The notes beneath the pieces were generated by a model. It searched no databases, was not told where the DNA came from, and saw nothing but the letters and a program-made list of their open reading frames with translations. A stretch of 63,919 nt of DNA, the filler included, from Acetivibrio sp. (GTDB lineage Bacteria > Bacillota > Clostridia > Acetivibrionales > Acetivibrionaceae), in assembly GCF_035371925.1 (NCBI RefSeq). It is 3 parts of 3 records of this genome, joined end to end, with 100 filler letters (N's around TTAATTAATTAA, not from the genome) between each part and the next. Parts side by side here need not be neighbours in the genome. Positions count along the whole stretch, not along the records: positions 27,527 to 52,522 come from NZ_DAORXT010000037.1; 2 more parts are not named here. One strand, written 5' to 3'. Each line of letters opens with the position of its first letter. Position 1 is the first letter of the stretch. Positions 38,573 through 49,051 of this stretch are shown here, piece by piece. The position numbers were made by a program, and so were the translations under genes.

Positions 38573-39121
38573 ATGAACTATGAAGAAAAGACCGTGTCAA
38601 AAAAGCGCGTTTACGATGGCAATATTATAAGTGTGGAAAGCGTTAACGTTCTGCTTCCCAATGGAAAAGAAGCTTCCCGTGATGTGGTTTTGCATCCGGG
38701 AGCATCGGTTGTCATCCCCATAAGCGATAATAATGACGTTTATATGGTAAGGCAATTCAGAAAGCCTGTTGAAAAGGAGCTTTTGGAATTGCCTGCAGGA
38801 AAGCTGGACAAGGGTGAAGATCCTGAAGTTTGTGCAAGGAGGGAATTAAAAGAGGAAACGGGCCTTGAAGCCGATAAAATAAAGCATATTTTAAGCTACT
38901 ATTCAGCACCGGGCTTTACCAATGAAATATTACATGTATATGCGGCCGTCGGACTTCATGAGGGAGAAGCCTGTGCCGATGAGGATGAGTTTATTTCCTC
39001 AAAAAAGGTTCCCATAAACAAGCTGGTGGAAATGGTCCTAAACAATGAAATAAACGACGCCAAAACAATAATAGGTATACTTTTGGCAGAGAAAATAGTC
39101 AAGGGAGAAATAAAGCTATAA
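38573..39121 (+). CDS. nudF: NUDIX hydrolase, ADP-ribose pyrophosphatase-like
   Basis: Nudix box GKLDKGEDPEVCARRELKEETG; synteny with spoIIM-xerD. Confidence 0.85.
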   Translation: MNYEEKTVSKKRVYDGNIISVESVNVLLPNGKEASRDVVLHPGASVVIPISDNNDVYMVRQFRKPVEKELLELPAGKLDKGEDPEVCARRELKEETGLEADKIKHILSYYSAPGFTNEILHVYAAVGLHEGEACADEDEFISSKKVPINKLVEMVLNNEINDAKTIIGILLAEKIVKGEIKL

Positions 39122-39308
39122 GACAGAGGAAGATATGGCACATTACAATATAAGCAAAATATACAAGCCGTTTTTTAAGTAAAGTTTACAATACATTTTG
39201 ATGTATTGTAATTTTTTTTTGTTTTTAAGCATAGAATCATTAATGTAAAAGGCAATTGCCTGGCAGCATCTGAATAAAGCTGCAATAAAAAAGCTTAGAG
39301 GGGATAAA

Positions 39309-39938
39309 ATGATAAAGAAGATATATGAGGTTTTAACTTCACATATAAAAAACAATATAAACACTTATTTCTTTCTATTAATGATGTATATCGGAGGGGT
39401 GTCTGCAGGAGCTTTTACTGTTAATGGATTAAGCTCGCTTCAAAGAAATGAGCTGATAAATTACTTTCAAGGATTTTTAGAGCTTTTTGAGCATCAATGG
39501 GTTGACAGCAACGAAATATTAAGAATATCCATTATGGATAATGCCAGATTGGTGATTGCGTTATGGGTTCTGGGAGTAACCATCATCGGTATACCCTTTA
39601 TATACCTTATTATTGGAATAAGAGGTTTTATCACCGGATTTACATCGGGCTTTATAATTTACATTATGGGCTTTAAAGGTGCTATGTTTACATTCTTGAC
39701 AATTCTTCCAAAGGAAATAATTGTTGTCCCGTGTATTATTGCCCTTGGGGTAAACGGAATTAAATTTTCGCTTAACATTGTCAAGAACAAATCATCAAAG
39801 CAAATGTCAAAAGACAGCCTTAAAACGAGCTTTTTTGCCTACTGTTTCGTTACTTTGTTTTTTTCGTGTTTTATAATTGCAGGAATATTGGTAGAAGCAT
39901 ATATTTCACCGGTTTTTATGAGGATGATGATTTCCTGA
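39309..39938 (+). CDS. spoIIM: Stage II sporulation protein M
   Basis: Multi-TM protein; GIPFIYL..RGFITGFT..LVEAYISP; synteny. Confidence 0.9.
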   Translation: MIKKIYEVLTSHIKNNINTYFFLLMMYIGGVSAGAFTVNGLSSLQRNELINYFQGFLELFEHQWVDSNEILRISIMDNARLVIALWVLGVTIIGIPFIYLIIGIRGFITGFTSGFIIYIMGFKGAMFTFLTILPKEIIVVPCIIALGVNGIKFSLNIVKNKSSKQMSKDSLKTSFFAYCFVTLFFSCFIIAGILVEAYISPVFMRMMIS

Positions 39939-40285
39939 AAGGTAGATACGCAAAGTATATTTTTACGCAAAACTGAGTTAGTTAAAATAATTAAAATAAT
40001 CATAATTATAAATGCATAAATACTATTTTATTGTAAGTAATGCACAAAAAAAAATGAGAAAATTATTCAATGTACCAAATTATTCTACATAACATGGGAA
40101 AATATTGCATTGTAACTAGAAATTTTTATATAATGTAAAGGATGAATAATATTATTGGTAACTGAAATGTTCAGCAATTAATCTGTTAAAAGTTGAGATA
40201 TAATTCATTTTTATACAATTTAGTGCAATTATCATACAAGAAAATTTTATATTTAAAATAAATATTGTAAATAAGAAGGAGTAGA

Positions 40286-41176
40286 ATGCTAATGGAAAAA
40301 TTAGTGCTGGATTTTCTGGATTTCCTAAAAAATGACAAACGATTGTCTCTTAACACTTTGCAATCGTATAAAAGAGACATAGAACAGTACATAACATATT
40401 TAAAGGATATGAAAGTTCAAAATATTGCAAATACGAATAAAACTACTGTTATAGCATATCTTTTGCACTTGCAAAAAAAAGGCAGGGCAACTTCCACCAT
40501 ATCCCGCAACCTTGCATCAATAAGGTCGTTTTATCAATACTTGACCAAAAAGGGGATAATATCTCAAGACCCTACAGAAAATCTGGAGTCGCCGAAGGTA
40601 GAAAAGAAACTTCCGCAGATTCTCTCGACAAAAGAAGTGGAGCTTCTTTTGGAGCAGCCGAAGTGCGATGACTTAAAGGGATACAGAGACAAAGCAATGC
40701 TTGAGCTCCTTTACGCTACCGGAATAAGAGTCTCCGAGCTTATTTCCCTTGATTTGGATGACGTAAACCTCGAGATGCAATTCATAAGATGCAACAAAGG
40801 TTCGAGGGAAAGGATTATCCCTATCGGGTCGATTTCCGTAAATGCCTTGAGCGAATATTTGTCGAAGTCAAGAAATCTTTTAATACAAAGACCTGACGAA
40901 AAGGCTCTGTTTGTGAATATAAACGGAAAAAGGCTGACCAGACAGGGGTTCTGGAAGATAATAAAGCAGTACAAAAATCAGGCTAAAATCAGCAAAGACA
41001 TAACTCCCCATACGCTGAGGCACTCCTTTGCTGCACATCTTCTTGAAAACGGTGCGGATCTTAGGTCAATACAAAAAATGCTCGGGCATTCCGATATTTC
41101 ATCGACGCAGATTTATGCACAACTCGCAAAAAACCGAATAAAGGAAATCTATAAAAAGACTCATCCTAGAGCTTAA
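40286..41176 (+). CDS. xerD: Site-specific tyrosine recombinase XerD (RipX)
   Basis: RDKAMLELLYATGIRVSEL, TPHTLRHSFAAH, LGHSDISSTQIY; spoIIM-xerD-deoB synteny. Confidence 0.92.
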   Translation: MLMEKLVLDFLDFLKNDKRLSLNTLQSYKRDIEQYITYLKDMKVQNIANTNKTTVIAYLLHLQKKGRATSTISRNLASIRSFYQYLTKKGIISQDPTENLESPKVEKKLPQILSTKEVELLLEQPKCDDLKGYRDKAMLELLYATGIRVSELISLDLDDVNLEMQFIRCNKGSRERIIPIGSISVNALSEYLSKSRNLLIQRPDEKALFVNINGKRLTRQGFWKIIKQYKNQAKISKDITPHTLRHSFAAHLLENGADLRSIQKMLGHSDISSTQIYAQLAKNRIKEIYKKTHPRA

Positions 41177-41329
41177 ATAAACAATTTTAAACAAATAAAG
41201 AATGATTTATTAAATTTAATATTTGTAATATAATAAGAAGGTGGGATAAAAATATCCTACCTTTCTTATTTAGCTGCTTGAAGTAAAATGAAATAGCAAC
41301 CTTCATTAATGACAAAGGAGAAACAAACG

Positions 41330-41920
41330 ATGAAAAGAGCTATAATAATTGTTTTGGACAGCGTAGGCATGGGAGAGCTTCCCGATGCCGGGAAATACTG
41401 CGATGAAGGCAGCAATACTTTGGGAAATATTTTAAAAAACATACCGGGATTTAACCTGCCAAATCTTGAATCTTTGGACCAGGAAAATATCAACGGCATG
41501 ACAGGCTATAAGCCTTCAAAAAACCCTGTTGGCTGTTACGGAAGAATGGCAGAAAAATCCGCCGGCAAGGACACAACCACAGGGCATTGGGAAATTGCCG
41601 GTCTAATATTGGACATACCTTTCCCTGTATATCCGAATGGATTTCCCGAGGATGTAATTAAAAAATTTGAAGACAGTATAGGAACCAAGACTTTAGGAAA
41701 TGTTGCAGCATCCGGAACAGAGATAATCAAGTTGTTAGGAGATGAGCATGTAAAGACGGGTTATCCAATTGTGTACACATCCGCCGACAGTGTGTTTCAG
41801 ATAGCGGCTCATGAAGATGTAATACCGATTGAAAGGCTCTATGACATGTGCAAGAAAGCAAGAGAAATTCTTTCAGGTGAGCATGCTGTAGGACGAGTCT
41901 TTCTTTCAAGCATCCTGTAA
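41330..41920 (+). pseudogene. deoB: Phosphopentomutase with a large in-frame internal deletion
   Basis: About 196 aa versus roughly double for the family; [12 protein letters not shown] and [14 protein letters not shown] are present; AVGRV joins directly to FLSSIL-stop and the whole C-terminal half is missing. Confidence 0.85.
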
Positions 41921-41950
41921 GGCATTATGAATACTTTCGGAGGTAAAATT

Positions 41951-43252
41951 ATGAGAATAGTTGATTTAATAAACAAAAAAAAGCGTGGAGAGAATTTATC
42001 TGCTTCTGAAATTGATTATATCGTCCAAGGCTATACAATGGGTGAGATACCGGACTATCAAATGTCTGCATTTTTGATGGCTGTATATTTCAAAGGAATG
42101 AGCAAGGAGGAGATTGCAAACCTCACTTTATCCATGGTAAATTCCGGAGAAACCGTTGATTTATCGATGATTGAAGGCATCAAGGTTGACAAGCATTCCT
42201 CCGGTGGCGTGGGAGACAAGATTAGCCTTGTAATAGTTCCGCTTTGTGCCTGCGTGGGAATTCCCGTTGCTAAAATGTCCGGCCGGGGACTGGGGCACAC
42301 CGGTGGAACAATTGATAAATTGGAATCTATAGAAGGTTTTAGAACAGAGCTTTCAAAAGACGAATTTGTAAATAACGTGAACAAATATAAAATGGCTATA
42401 GTGGGCCAATCGCCAAATCTCACCCCTGCGGACAAAAAAATATATGCTTTAAGGGATGTTACCGGTACGGTGGACAGTATTCCGCTTATTGCAAGCTCAA
42501 TAATGAGTAAAAAAATCGCGTCCGGATGCGATTGTATTGTTTTAGATGTCAAGGTGGGTTCCGGAGCCTTCATGAAGTCGGTGGACGAAGCTGTGATTTT
42601 GGCAAAGACGATGGTGGAAATAGGGAAGTCTCTGGGAAGAAAAACTGTTGCAGTTGTAACCGACATGAATCAGCCTTTAGGTCATGAAGTGGGAAATGCC
42701 AATGAGGTAAAAGAAGCAATAGGGATATTAAAGGGCCGCGGCGCCGAAGATGAAACAACTGTGGCATTGACAATTGCGTCCTATATGGCAGTATTAGGCG
42801 GTGCTTTTTCGGACTATGAATCCGCCTATAAGAAAATGCGCGAACTGATAGAATCCGGAGAGGCCGTGGAAAAGCTAAAGGAATTCATCAGGATACAGGG
42901 AGGAAATCCCGAAGTGGTGGACAATCCTGACCTTTTGCCAAAGGCAGAAAAGCACATAGAAATCAAGTCTTCGGTGTCAGGTTATGTAAACTCAATTAAT
43001 GCAGAAGACATAGGTGTTTCGGCAATGCTTCTTGGTGCAGGAAGAAAGACCAAGAATGACAGTATAGACTTTTCGGCAGGTGTCACAATGGTAAAAAAGG
43101 TCGGCGATTGGGTTGATGAAGGAGACACCCTTTGCATACTTCATACCAACAAGACGGACATTAATGATGCCAAAGAGCTTTCCAAAAGTGCTTTTGTCAT
43201 AAAAGACAAAAAGCCTGAGCCTGTAAAATTCATTCATTGTGTTATTGATTAA
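41951..43252 (+). CDS. pdp: Pyrimidine-nucleoside phosphorylase
   Basis: DKHSSGGVGDK, KMSGRGLGHTGGTIDKLESI, LDVKVGSGAFMK. Confidence 0.96.
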   Translation: MRIVDLINKKKRGENLSASEIDYIVQGYTMGEIPDYQMSAFLMAVYFKGMSKEEIANLTLSMVNSGETVDLSMIEGIKVDKHSSGGVGDKISLVIVPLCACVGIPVAKMSGRGLGHTGGTIDKLESIEGFRTELSKDEFVNNVNKYKMAIVGQSPNLTPADKKIYALRDVTGTVDSIPLIASSIMSKKIASGCDCIVLDVKVGSGAFMKSVDEAVILAKTMVEIGKSLGRKTVAVVTDMNQPLGHEVGNANEVKEAIGILKGRGAEDETTVALTIASYMAVLGGAFSDYESAYKKMRELIESGEAVEKLKEFIRIQGGNPEVVDNPDLLPKAEKHIEIKSSVSGYVNSINAEDIGVSAMLLGAGRKTKNDSIDFSAGVTMVKKVGDWVDEGDTLCILHTNKTDINDAKELSKSAFVIKDKKPEPVKFIHCVID

Positions 43253-43343
43253 AAGAAACGTACAAACTTTTTTAAAATAAGTATATATAGGCTTTTTCAA
43301 GCATAAAAATCTAATAATGATAAATGCTTGGAGGGGTCTTTAG

Positions 43344-44558
43344 GTGTTGAAAAAGGTCATAATTTTTGTTATAGCTGCAGTATTTTTGTTAAACATAACG
43401 GCAATATCCGTTCTTTCTGCTCCGGCTGTCGGCGAGTCGGTATACGATGTTGAAACTGTTGCCGAAATAATGACAAATACCAATGTATTTGAGTTGCAAG
43501 CAAAAAGCTATGTTTTAATGGATGCTGCTACCGGGCAGGTTCTTTTGGAAGGAAGAAGCCATGAAAAGCTTCCCATAGCAAGCGTTACAAAAATCATGTC
43601 GATGCTGTTGGTAATGGAAGCAATTGACTCCGGAAAAATCAACATGGATGATATAGTCACAGCATCGGAATATGCAGCAGGTATGGGAGGTTCTCAAGCT
43701 TATATTGAGCCGGGCGAGCAGTATACTGTAAAAGATGCTTTAAAAGCAGTTGCCACCCACTCATCCAATGACGTAACCGTTTCTCTGGCCGAACTTGTAG
43801 CCGGAAGCGAGCAGGCTTTCGTAGTACTCATGAACGAAAGGGCAAAGGAACTTGGCATGAACAATACTAATTTCCTTGATTGTACCGGGCTTACGGATGA
43901 AGGGCATTACAGCACGGCATACGATGTGGCACTTATGTCGAGGGAGCTTATTGTAAACCATCCGAGAATTCTTGAGTTTACTTCAATCTGGATGGATACC
44001 TTTAGAAACGGAGAATTTCAGCTGGTTAATACCAACAAGCTTGTTCATTTCTACGAAGGATGTGACGGACTTAAAACAGGATTTACCCGGGCAGCAGGCC
44101 ACTGCCTTTCGGCAACTGCCACAAGGAACAACATGAGGCTCATTTCGGTAGTATTGGGTGAACCGGATTCAAACACCAGATTTGCTGAAACCAGAAAGCT
44201 TTTAGACTACGGATTTGCCAATTACGAGTCTACCCAGGTGAACAAAAAAGGTGAAATAGTCAGCGAAATTGAAGTTAAAAAAGCATTAATTCCAAAGATA
44301 AAGGCCCTTTACAGTGATGATGTAAAGCTTCTTCTTGCAAGAAGCGATAAAGGCAAAGTAATCAGGGAAGTGCGATTGAAAGGATCCCTTACGGCACCGG
44401 TATCAAAAGGTGAGAAGGTTGGTGAAGTAGTTTATAAAGTCGATGAGAGAGAAATCGGAAAAGTGGACCTTGTTTCCGACAGGGATATACAAAAAGCCTC
44501 TTTTGGAAAATTGTTTGTAACTATGCTGTCAAGCTGGTTTAATCTTGGAAGGAGCTAA
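43344..44558 (+). CDS. dacF: D-alanyl-D-alanine carboxypeptidase (sporulation DacF type)
   Basis: ASVTK (SxxK), SSN, KTG motifs; PBP5-like C-terminal domain. Confidence 0.88.
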   Translation: MLKKVIIFVIAAVFLLNITAISVLSAPAVGESVYDVETVAEIMTNTNVFELQAKSYVLMDAATGQVLLEGRSHEKLPIASVTKIMSMLLVMEAIDSGKINMDDIVTASEYAAGMGGSQAYIEPGEQYTVKDALKAVATHSSNDVTVSLAELVAGSEQAFVVLMNERAKELGMNNTNFLDCTGLTDEGHYSTAYDVALMSRELIVNHPRILEFTSIWMDTFRNGEFQLVNTNKLVHFYEGCDGLKTGFTRAAGHCLSATATRNNMRLISVVLGEPDSNTRFAETRKLLDYGFANYESTQVNKKGEIVSEIEVKKALIPKIKALYSDDVKLLLARSDKGKVIREVRLKGSLTAPVSKGEKVGEVVYKVDEREIGKVDLVSDRDIQKASFGKLFVTMLSSWFNLGRS

Positions 44559-44588
44559 AGAAATCACCTAAATAATCAGGCAATAATT

Positions 44589-44626
44589 AACCGTGTCAGC
44601 CCAATTTACAGGGTACACGGTTTTTT
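44589..44626 (+). terminator. Terminator after dacF
   Basis: AACCGTGT..ACACGGTTTTTT hairpin. Confidence 0.7.
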
Positions 44627-44746
44627 GTTTTTTATATAGCAAATGTCAAATTGATTGAAAAAAATTTTGAAATACGAGGATATTTAGATATAATTATTAT
44701 TAACTAAAAATTGCGGCCAAAGAAAATGTGAAACGTATTAAAAGGA

Positions 44747-45409
44747 TTGATAAACATGGCTTTGTTGTTAATACTCATCGGCGCTTTTATTATAGGTTTC
44801 ACAGGAGCATTTATGCCCGGACCTATGTTGGGAATTACAATAGACGGGAGCTTTAAAAAGGGATGGATAGCCGGTCCGTTGATAGTTTTCGGGCACGGAA
44901 TCCTGGAGCTTTTATTAATTGTGCTCATGATATTGGGATTGAAAGATTTCTTTTCCAATTTGGCAGTTTCAGGGCTTATCGGACTATTTGGCGGTCTTTT
45001 TCTTGCATGGATGGGCTATGATATGGTAAAGTCCGCTATAAATAAATCGGTTTCACTAAACAGCCAAAAAACAGGGAATAGCTCAGACATAAGAAATCTT
45101 GTATTGTCAGGAATATATATAAGTGCAACCAATCCTTATTTTATTTTTTGGTGGGCATCAACGGGGATGGAATCAATACGACGTGCTTATGAGCTAGGAC
45201 TAATTGGGGTTTTGTTTTTCTATGTAGGGCATATTTTATCGGACTTTGTATGGTACACCGTGATATCCATAGCAGTATCTAAAGGAAAGAAGCTTATTAG
45301 CGATACCGTGTATTTACGGATTGTTTTGCTATTGGGAATATTTATTATAGCCTTTTCGTTCTATTTTATAAGCAGCGGATGGAAAATGCTTTCAAGCAGT
45401 ATCATGTAA
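44747..45409 (+). CDS. LysE-family translocator
   Basis: GFTGAFMPGPM, GHGILE, SATNPYF..WW, GHILSD; six TM segments. Confidence 0.88.
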   Translation: MINMALLLILIGAFIIGFTGAFMPGPMLGITIDGSFKKGWIAGPLIVFGHGILELLLIVLMILGLKDFFSNLAVSGLIGLFGGLFLAWMGYDMVKSAINKSVSLNSQKTGNSSDIRNLVLSGIYISATNPYFIFWWASTGMESIRRAYELGLIGVLFFYVGHILSDFVWYTVISIAVSKGKKLISDTVYLRIVLLLGIFIIAFSFYFISSGWKMLSSSIM

Positions 45410-45601
45410 AAAATTAATGCACAGGTTCATTTGTGGCGGTATTACTTCTATAAAAGTATACCGAATATTAAGTAAGCTAAGAGGCAGGATATTAATTAGA
45501 AAGAAATGATTAATATTGAAAGCGGCAGGAAATATTATGCTTACCTTAATATTTCATCTATTGCATATTGATTATTAATTGCAAAGCTGTAAAAAAAATC
45601 T

Positions 45602-45630
45602 TTGACATTAGACAAAAAATGATATAAAAT
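45602..45630 (+). promoter_or_regulatory. Sigma-A promoter of guaB
   Basis: TTGACA-N17-TAAAAT about 30 nt before the start codon, leaving no room for a riboswitch. Confidence 0.7.
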
Positions 45631-45661
45631 ATTTTAAATTTATATGAGGAGGAAAGAGAGC

Positions 45662-47155
45662 ATGGCTTACATCTATAACGATGTGTCAAGAACTTTTAGT
45701 GAATACTTACTAATACCAAACCTTACAACGGAAAAATGTACTCCGGATAATATAGACCTGAGCACTCCCATGGTAAAGTTTAAAAAAGGTGAAGATTGCA
45801 GTCTGAAGCTAAATATTCCTATTGTATCTGCTATTATGCAGTCAGTGTCCAACGATACATTGGCAATAGCTCTTGCCAGATGTGGAGGATTGTCTTTTAT
45901 ATATGGTTCTCAGGCAATTGAAAGCCAGGCTGAGATGGTTAGAAAAGTAAAAAAATATAAATCGGGATTTGTTGTCAGTGATTCAAATCTTACTATCGAC
46001 AGCACATTAAAGGATGTCATTGACTTAAAAAGCAAAACAGGACATTCCACTATTGCAATAACTGACGACGGCACATCTTCAGGAAAGCTTCTCGGATTGA
46101 TTACTACAAGGGATTACAGAATAAGCAGGGATCCTCTGGATAAAAAAGTTAAAGATTTCATGACACCTTTCTCTAAGCTTGTTGTAGGTAAGTTGGGTAT
46201 CAGTTTAAGCGAAGCAAACGACATAATATGGAACCACAAACTCAATTGTCTTCCTATTGTTGATGATGAGCAAAGACTTCACTATTTGGTTTTCAGAAAG
46301 GACTATGACGACCACAAGCAAAACCCTTACGAACTGCTTGACAGCAATAAGAGACTTAGAGTGGGAGCAGGTATAAACACAAGAGATTATAAAGAAAGAG
46401 TACCAGCATTGGTGGAGGCAGGAGTTGACGCTCTCTGTATAGACTCATCCGACGGATTCTCCATATGGCAGAAATATACCTTGGATTATATAAAATCAAA
46501 TTACAATATTAAAGTCGGCGCAGGAAATGTTGTTGACAGGGAAGGCTTCTTGTATCTTGCAGAGGCAGGAGCCGATTTTGTAAAGATAGGAATCGGAGGA
46601 GGCTCCATTTGCATAACCCGTGAACAAAAGGGTATCGGAAGAGGACAAGCTTCTGCTGTTATTGAAGTGGCAAAAGCAAGGGATGAATACTTTGAGAAAA
46701 CCGGTGTCTACATTCCTTTGTGCTCTGACGGCGGTATTGTTCACGATTATCATATTGTATTGGCACTGGCAATGGGTGCTGATTTCGTAATGATGGGAAG
46801 ATATTTTGCAAGATTCGACGAAAGCCCTACAAAGAAGGTTAAAAGCGGAAACGGTTATGTAAAAGAATACTGGGGAGAAGGCTCAAACAGGGCTAGAAAC
46901 TGGCAGCGTTATGACCATGGTGGAGAAAGCACAAGCATGAAATTTGAAGAAGGCGTGGACAGTTACGTGCCCTATGCAGGTAAACTGAGCGACAACCTTG
47001 AAATTACGTTAAATAAGATAAAAGCTACAATGTCAAGCTGTGGTGCAGCTTCCATAAGTGAGCTTCAGAAAACCGCAAGATTAACTTTGGTGTCTTCCAC
47101 AAGCATAATAGAAGGTGGAGCCCACGACGTTATATTAAAAGACAAGGATTATTGA
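45662..47155 (+). CDS. guaB: IMP dehydrogenase (with CBS subdomain)
   Basis: SAIMQSVS; catalytic loop [22 protein letters not shown]; flap variant YWGEGS. Confidence 0.92.
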   Translation: MAYIYNDVSRTFSEYLLIPNLTTEKCTPDNIDLSTPMVKFKKGEDCSLKLNIPIVSAIMQSVSNDTLAIALARCGGLSFIYGSQAIESQAEMVRKVKKYKSGFVVSDSNLTIDSTLKDVIDLKSKTGHSTIAITDDGTSSGKLLGLITTRDYRISRDPLDKKVKDFMTPFSKLVVGKLGISLSEANDIIWNHKLNCLPIVDDEQRLHYLVFRKDYDDHKQNPYELLDSNKRLRVGAGINTRDYKERVPALVEAGVDALCIDSSDGFSIWQKYTLDYIKSNYNIKVGAGNVVDREGFLYLAEAGADFVKIGIGGGSICITREQKGIGRGQASAVIEVAKARDEYFEKTGVYIPLCSDGGIVHDYHIVLALAMGADFVMMGRYFARFDESPTKKVKSGNGYVKEYWGEGSNRARNWQRYDHGGESTSMKFEEGVDSYVPYAGKLSDNLEITLNKIKATMSSCGAASISELQKTARLTLVSSTSIIEGGAHDVILKDKDY

Positions 47156-47170
47156 TTTACGCTTTAGAAT

Positions 47171-47227
47171 TTGTGCCTCTTACAGGTCATACAGAAATAA
47201 GACCTGTGCGGGGCACAATTTTATTTT
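47171..47227 (+). terminator. Terminator after guaB
   Basis: TTGTGCC..ACAGGTC / GACCTGT..GGCACAA plus T-run. Confidence 0.7.
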
Positions 47228-47480
47228 AAATAGAATATACCCATAAAACTTGTGTTAGTATAATATATAATATACAATAGAAAAATATTGCAATTTTTAT
47301 ATAAATTCCAAGCGTCAAAAAGGCACAAATAAGCAATTCATAGAATTTTTGCAGGATTTTATCTTGACTCTTGCAAATATTAATGCTACGATTATGTATA
47401 TTAATTATATAAAGGAATGCCTTTATAATTTTAATTTAGTTGGGGTATTGATTTTAATGTAAATGTGGAAGGTGGAAAAT

Positions 47481-48794
47481 ATGTTTGTTTCAAAGGCTTT
47501 AAAGGTTAACGCTAAAAATCACCTTGAAATCGGCGGATGTGATTGTGTTGATCTTGTAAACAATTTCGGCACTCCCTTGTATGTAATGGATGAAAGTCTT
47601 GTAAGGGAAAATTGCCGTGCATATAAAAATGCGTTGGACAAATATTATGACGGAAAAGGTCTGGTGCTTTATGCCAGCAAGGCTTTCTGCACAATGGCAA
47701 TATGCAAAATTGCCGCCCAGGAAGGTCTCGGACTGGACGTGGTATCGGGTGGAGAACTATACACTGCAATCAAAGCAGGTTTCCCCATGGACAGGATTTA
47801 TTTTCACGGAAACAATAAGACTATTGGCGAATTGGAGCTGGCAATTGACAGCAACGTAAGAAGGATAGTAGTGGACAACAGGCAGGAACTTTTTCATATA
47901 AACAGAATCGCTGGTGAAAAAGGAAAGACTGTAAACATTTCCTTTAGAATAAAGCCTGGAATTGATGCCCATACCCATGACTTTATCCGTACAGGACAAA
48001 TTGACTCCAAATTCGGTGTTGCCCTTGAAAACGGTGAGGCGATTGAAATAATTGCGGAAGCTGCAAAGCTCAGCAATGTCAAGGTAGTGGGGCTGCATTG
48101 CCATATTGGCTCTCAGATTTTTGACATAAGTCCATTTGAGGAAGCAGCAAGAGTAATGCTGAACTTTATCGCAAAATTAAAAGAGGAGCTGGGAATAGAG
48201 ATTGAAGAATTAAATCTCGGAGGAGGTTTCGGTATAAAATATACCGAGGAGGATGACCCGGTAGAGTATGAGCAGTATATAAAATCGGTTTCAAATGTTG
48301 TAAAAAGCGTGTGCGAAGAAAAGGGAATAAAGCTTCCGTTTATAGTGATGGAGCCGGGCAGATCCATCGTTGCCTCTGCCGGAATAACACTGTATAAAAT
48401 CGGTACCATAAAGGATATCAAGGGCGTAAGAAAATATATCGCTGTTGACGGCGGAATGACCGATAACCCAAGATATGCCCTTTATCAATCAAAATATGAA
48501 GGTGTTATTGCCAACAAAGCTGACGCAAAGAAGACAGAAAAGGTTACAATTGCGGGTAAGTGCTGTGAATCCGGTGACTTGCTGGGTAAGGATGTGATGC
48601 TTCCCGAAGTGGAAGAGGGAGACATTCTGGCGATTCTTGCCACCGGAGCATACAACTATTCCATGTCCAGCAACTACAACCGCATTCCAAGACCTCCGGT
48701 TGTACTTGTAAAAGACGGCAAAGCAAGAATTATTGTTAAAAGGGAAGACTATGACGACATAATAAGAAACGATATTCTGCCTGAAGACCTGTAA
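47481..48794 (+). CDS. lysA: Diaminopimelate decarboxylase
   Basis: GTPLYV, YASKA, HCHIGSQ, NLGGGFG, MEPGRSIV, GKCCESGD, GAYNYSMSSNYN; promoter TTGACT-N17-TACGAT at 47364-47392. Confidence 0.97.
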   Translation: MFVSKALKVNAKNHLEIGGCDCVDLVNNFGTPLYVMDESLVRENCRAYKNALDKYYDGKGLVLYASKAFCTMAICKIAAQEGLGLDVVSGGELYTAIKAGFPMDRIYFHGNNKTIGELELAIDSNVRRIVVDNRQELFHINRIAGEKGKTVNISFRIKPGIDAHTHDFIRTGQIDSKFGVALENGEAIEIIAEAAKLSNVKVVGLHCHIGSQIFDISPFEEAARVMLNFIAKLKEELGIEIEELNLGGGFGIKYTEEDDPVEYEQYIKSVSNVVKSVCEEKGIKLPFIVMEPGRSIVASAGITLYKIGTIKDIKGVRKYIAVDGGMTDNPRYALYQSKYEGVIANKADAKKTEKVTIAGKCCESGDLLGKDVMLPEVEEGDILAILATGAYNYSMSSNYNRIPRPPVVLVKDGKARIIVKREDYDDIIRNDILPEDL

Positions 48795-48820
48795 AATCAA
48801 TAGACTTAGATAAAATGATA

Positions 48821-48857
48821 AAAAAAAGAGCACATTTCAAATTTTGTGCTCTTTTTT
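48821..48857 (+). terminator. Terminator after lysA
   Basis: AAAAAAAGAGCACA..TGTGCTCTTTTTT. Confidence 0.8.
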
Positions 48858-49051
48858 ATATATTCTGATATAATGAATCATATAACAAAGCAATAAATAT
48901 CCCAAACTTCTAAAGTTACGGGTATAGATTTGCTTTTTTGGCGGCAAGCTTATATTGCCCGGTTGAAACCTTAAAGGCAGTATCAAACCGCGGTATTTTA
49001 AATTCGTACAATATCTGATACGATTTATAGTAAAGAGTATTTGTTGGAGAG

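Noticed and set aside
40286..41176. Prophage integrase
   Set aside because: Sequence and spoIIM-xerD-deoB synteny identify housekeeping XerD; no phage genes nearby.
45410..45661. Purine riboswitch upstream of guaB
   Set aside because: The promoter lies about 30 nt from the start codon and no aptamer core is present.
47228..47480. Lysine riboswitch upstream of lysA
   Set aside because: Short AT-rich leader after the TTGACT-N17-TACGAT promoter; no L-box motifs.
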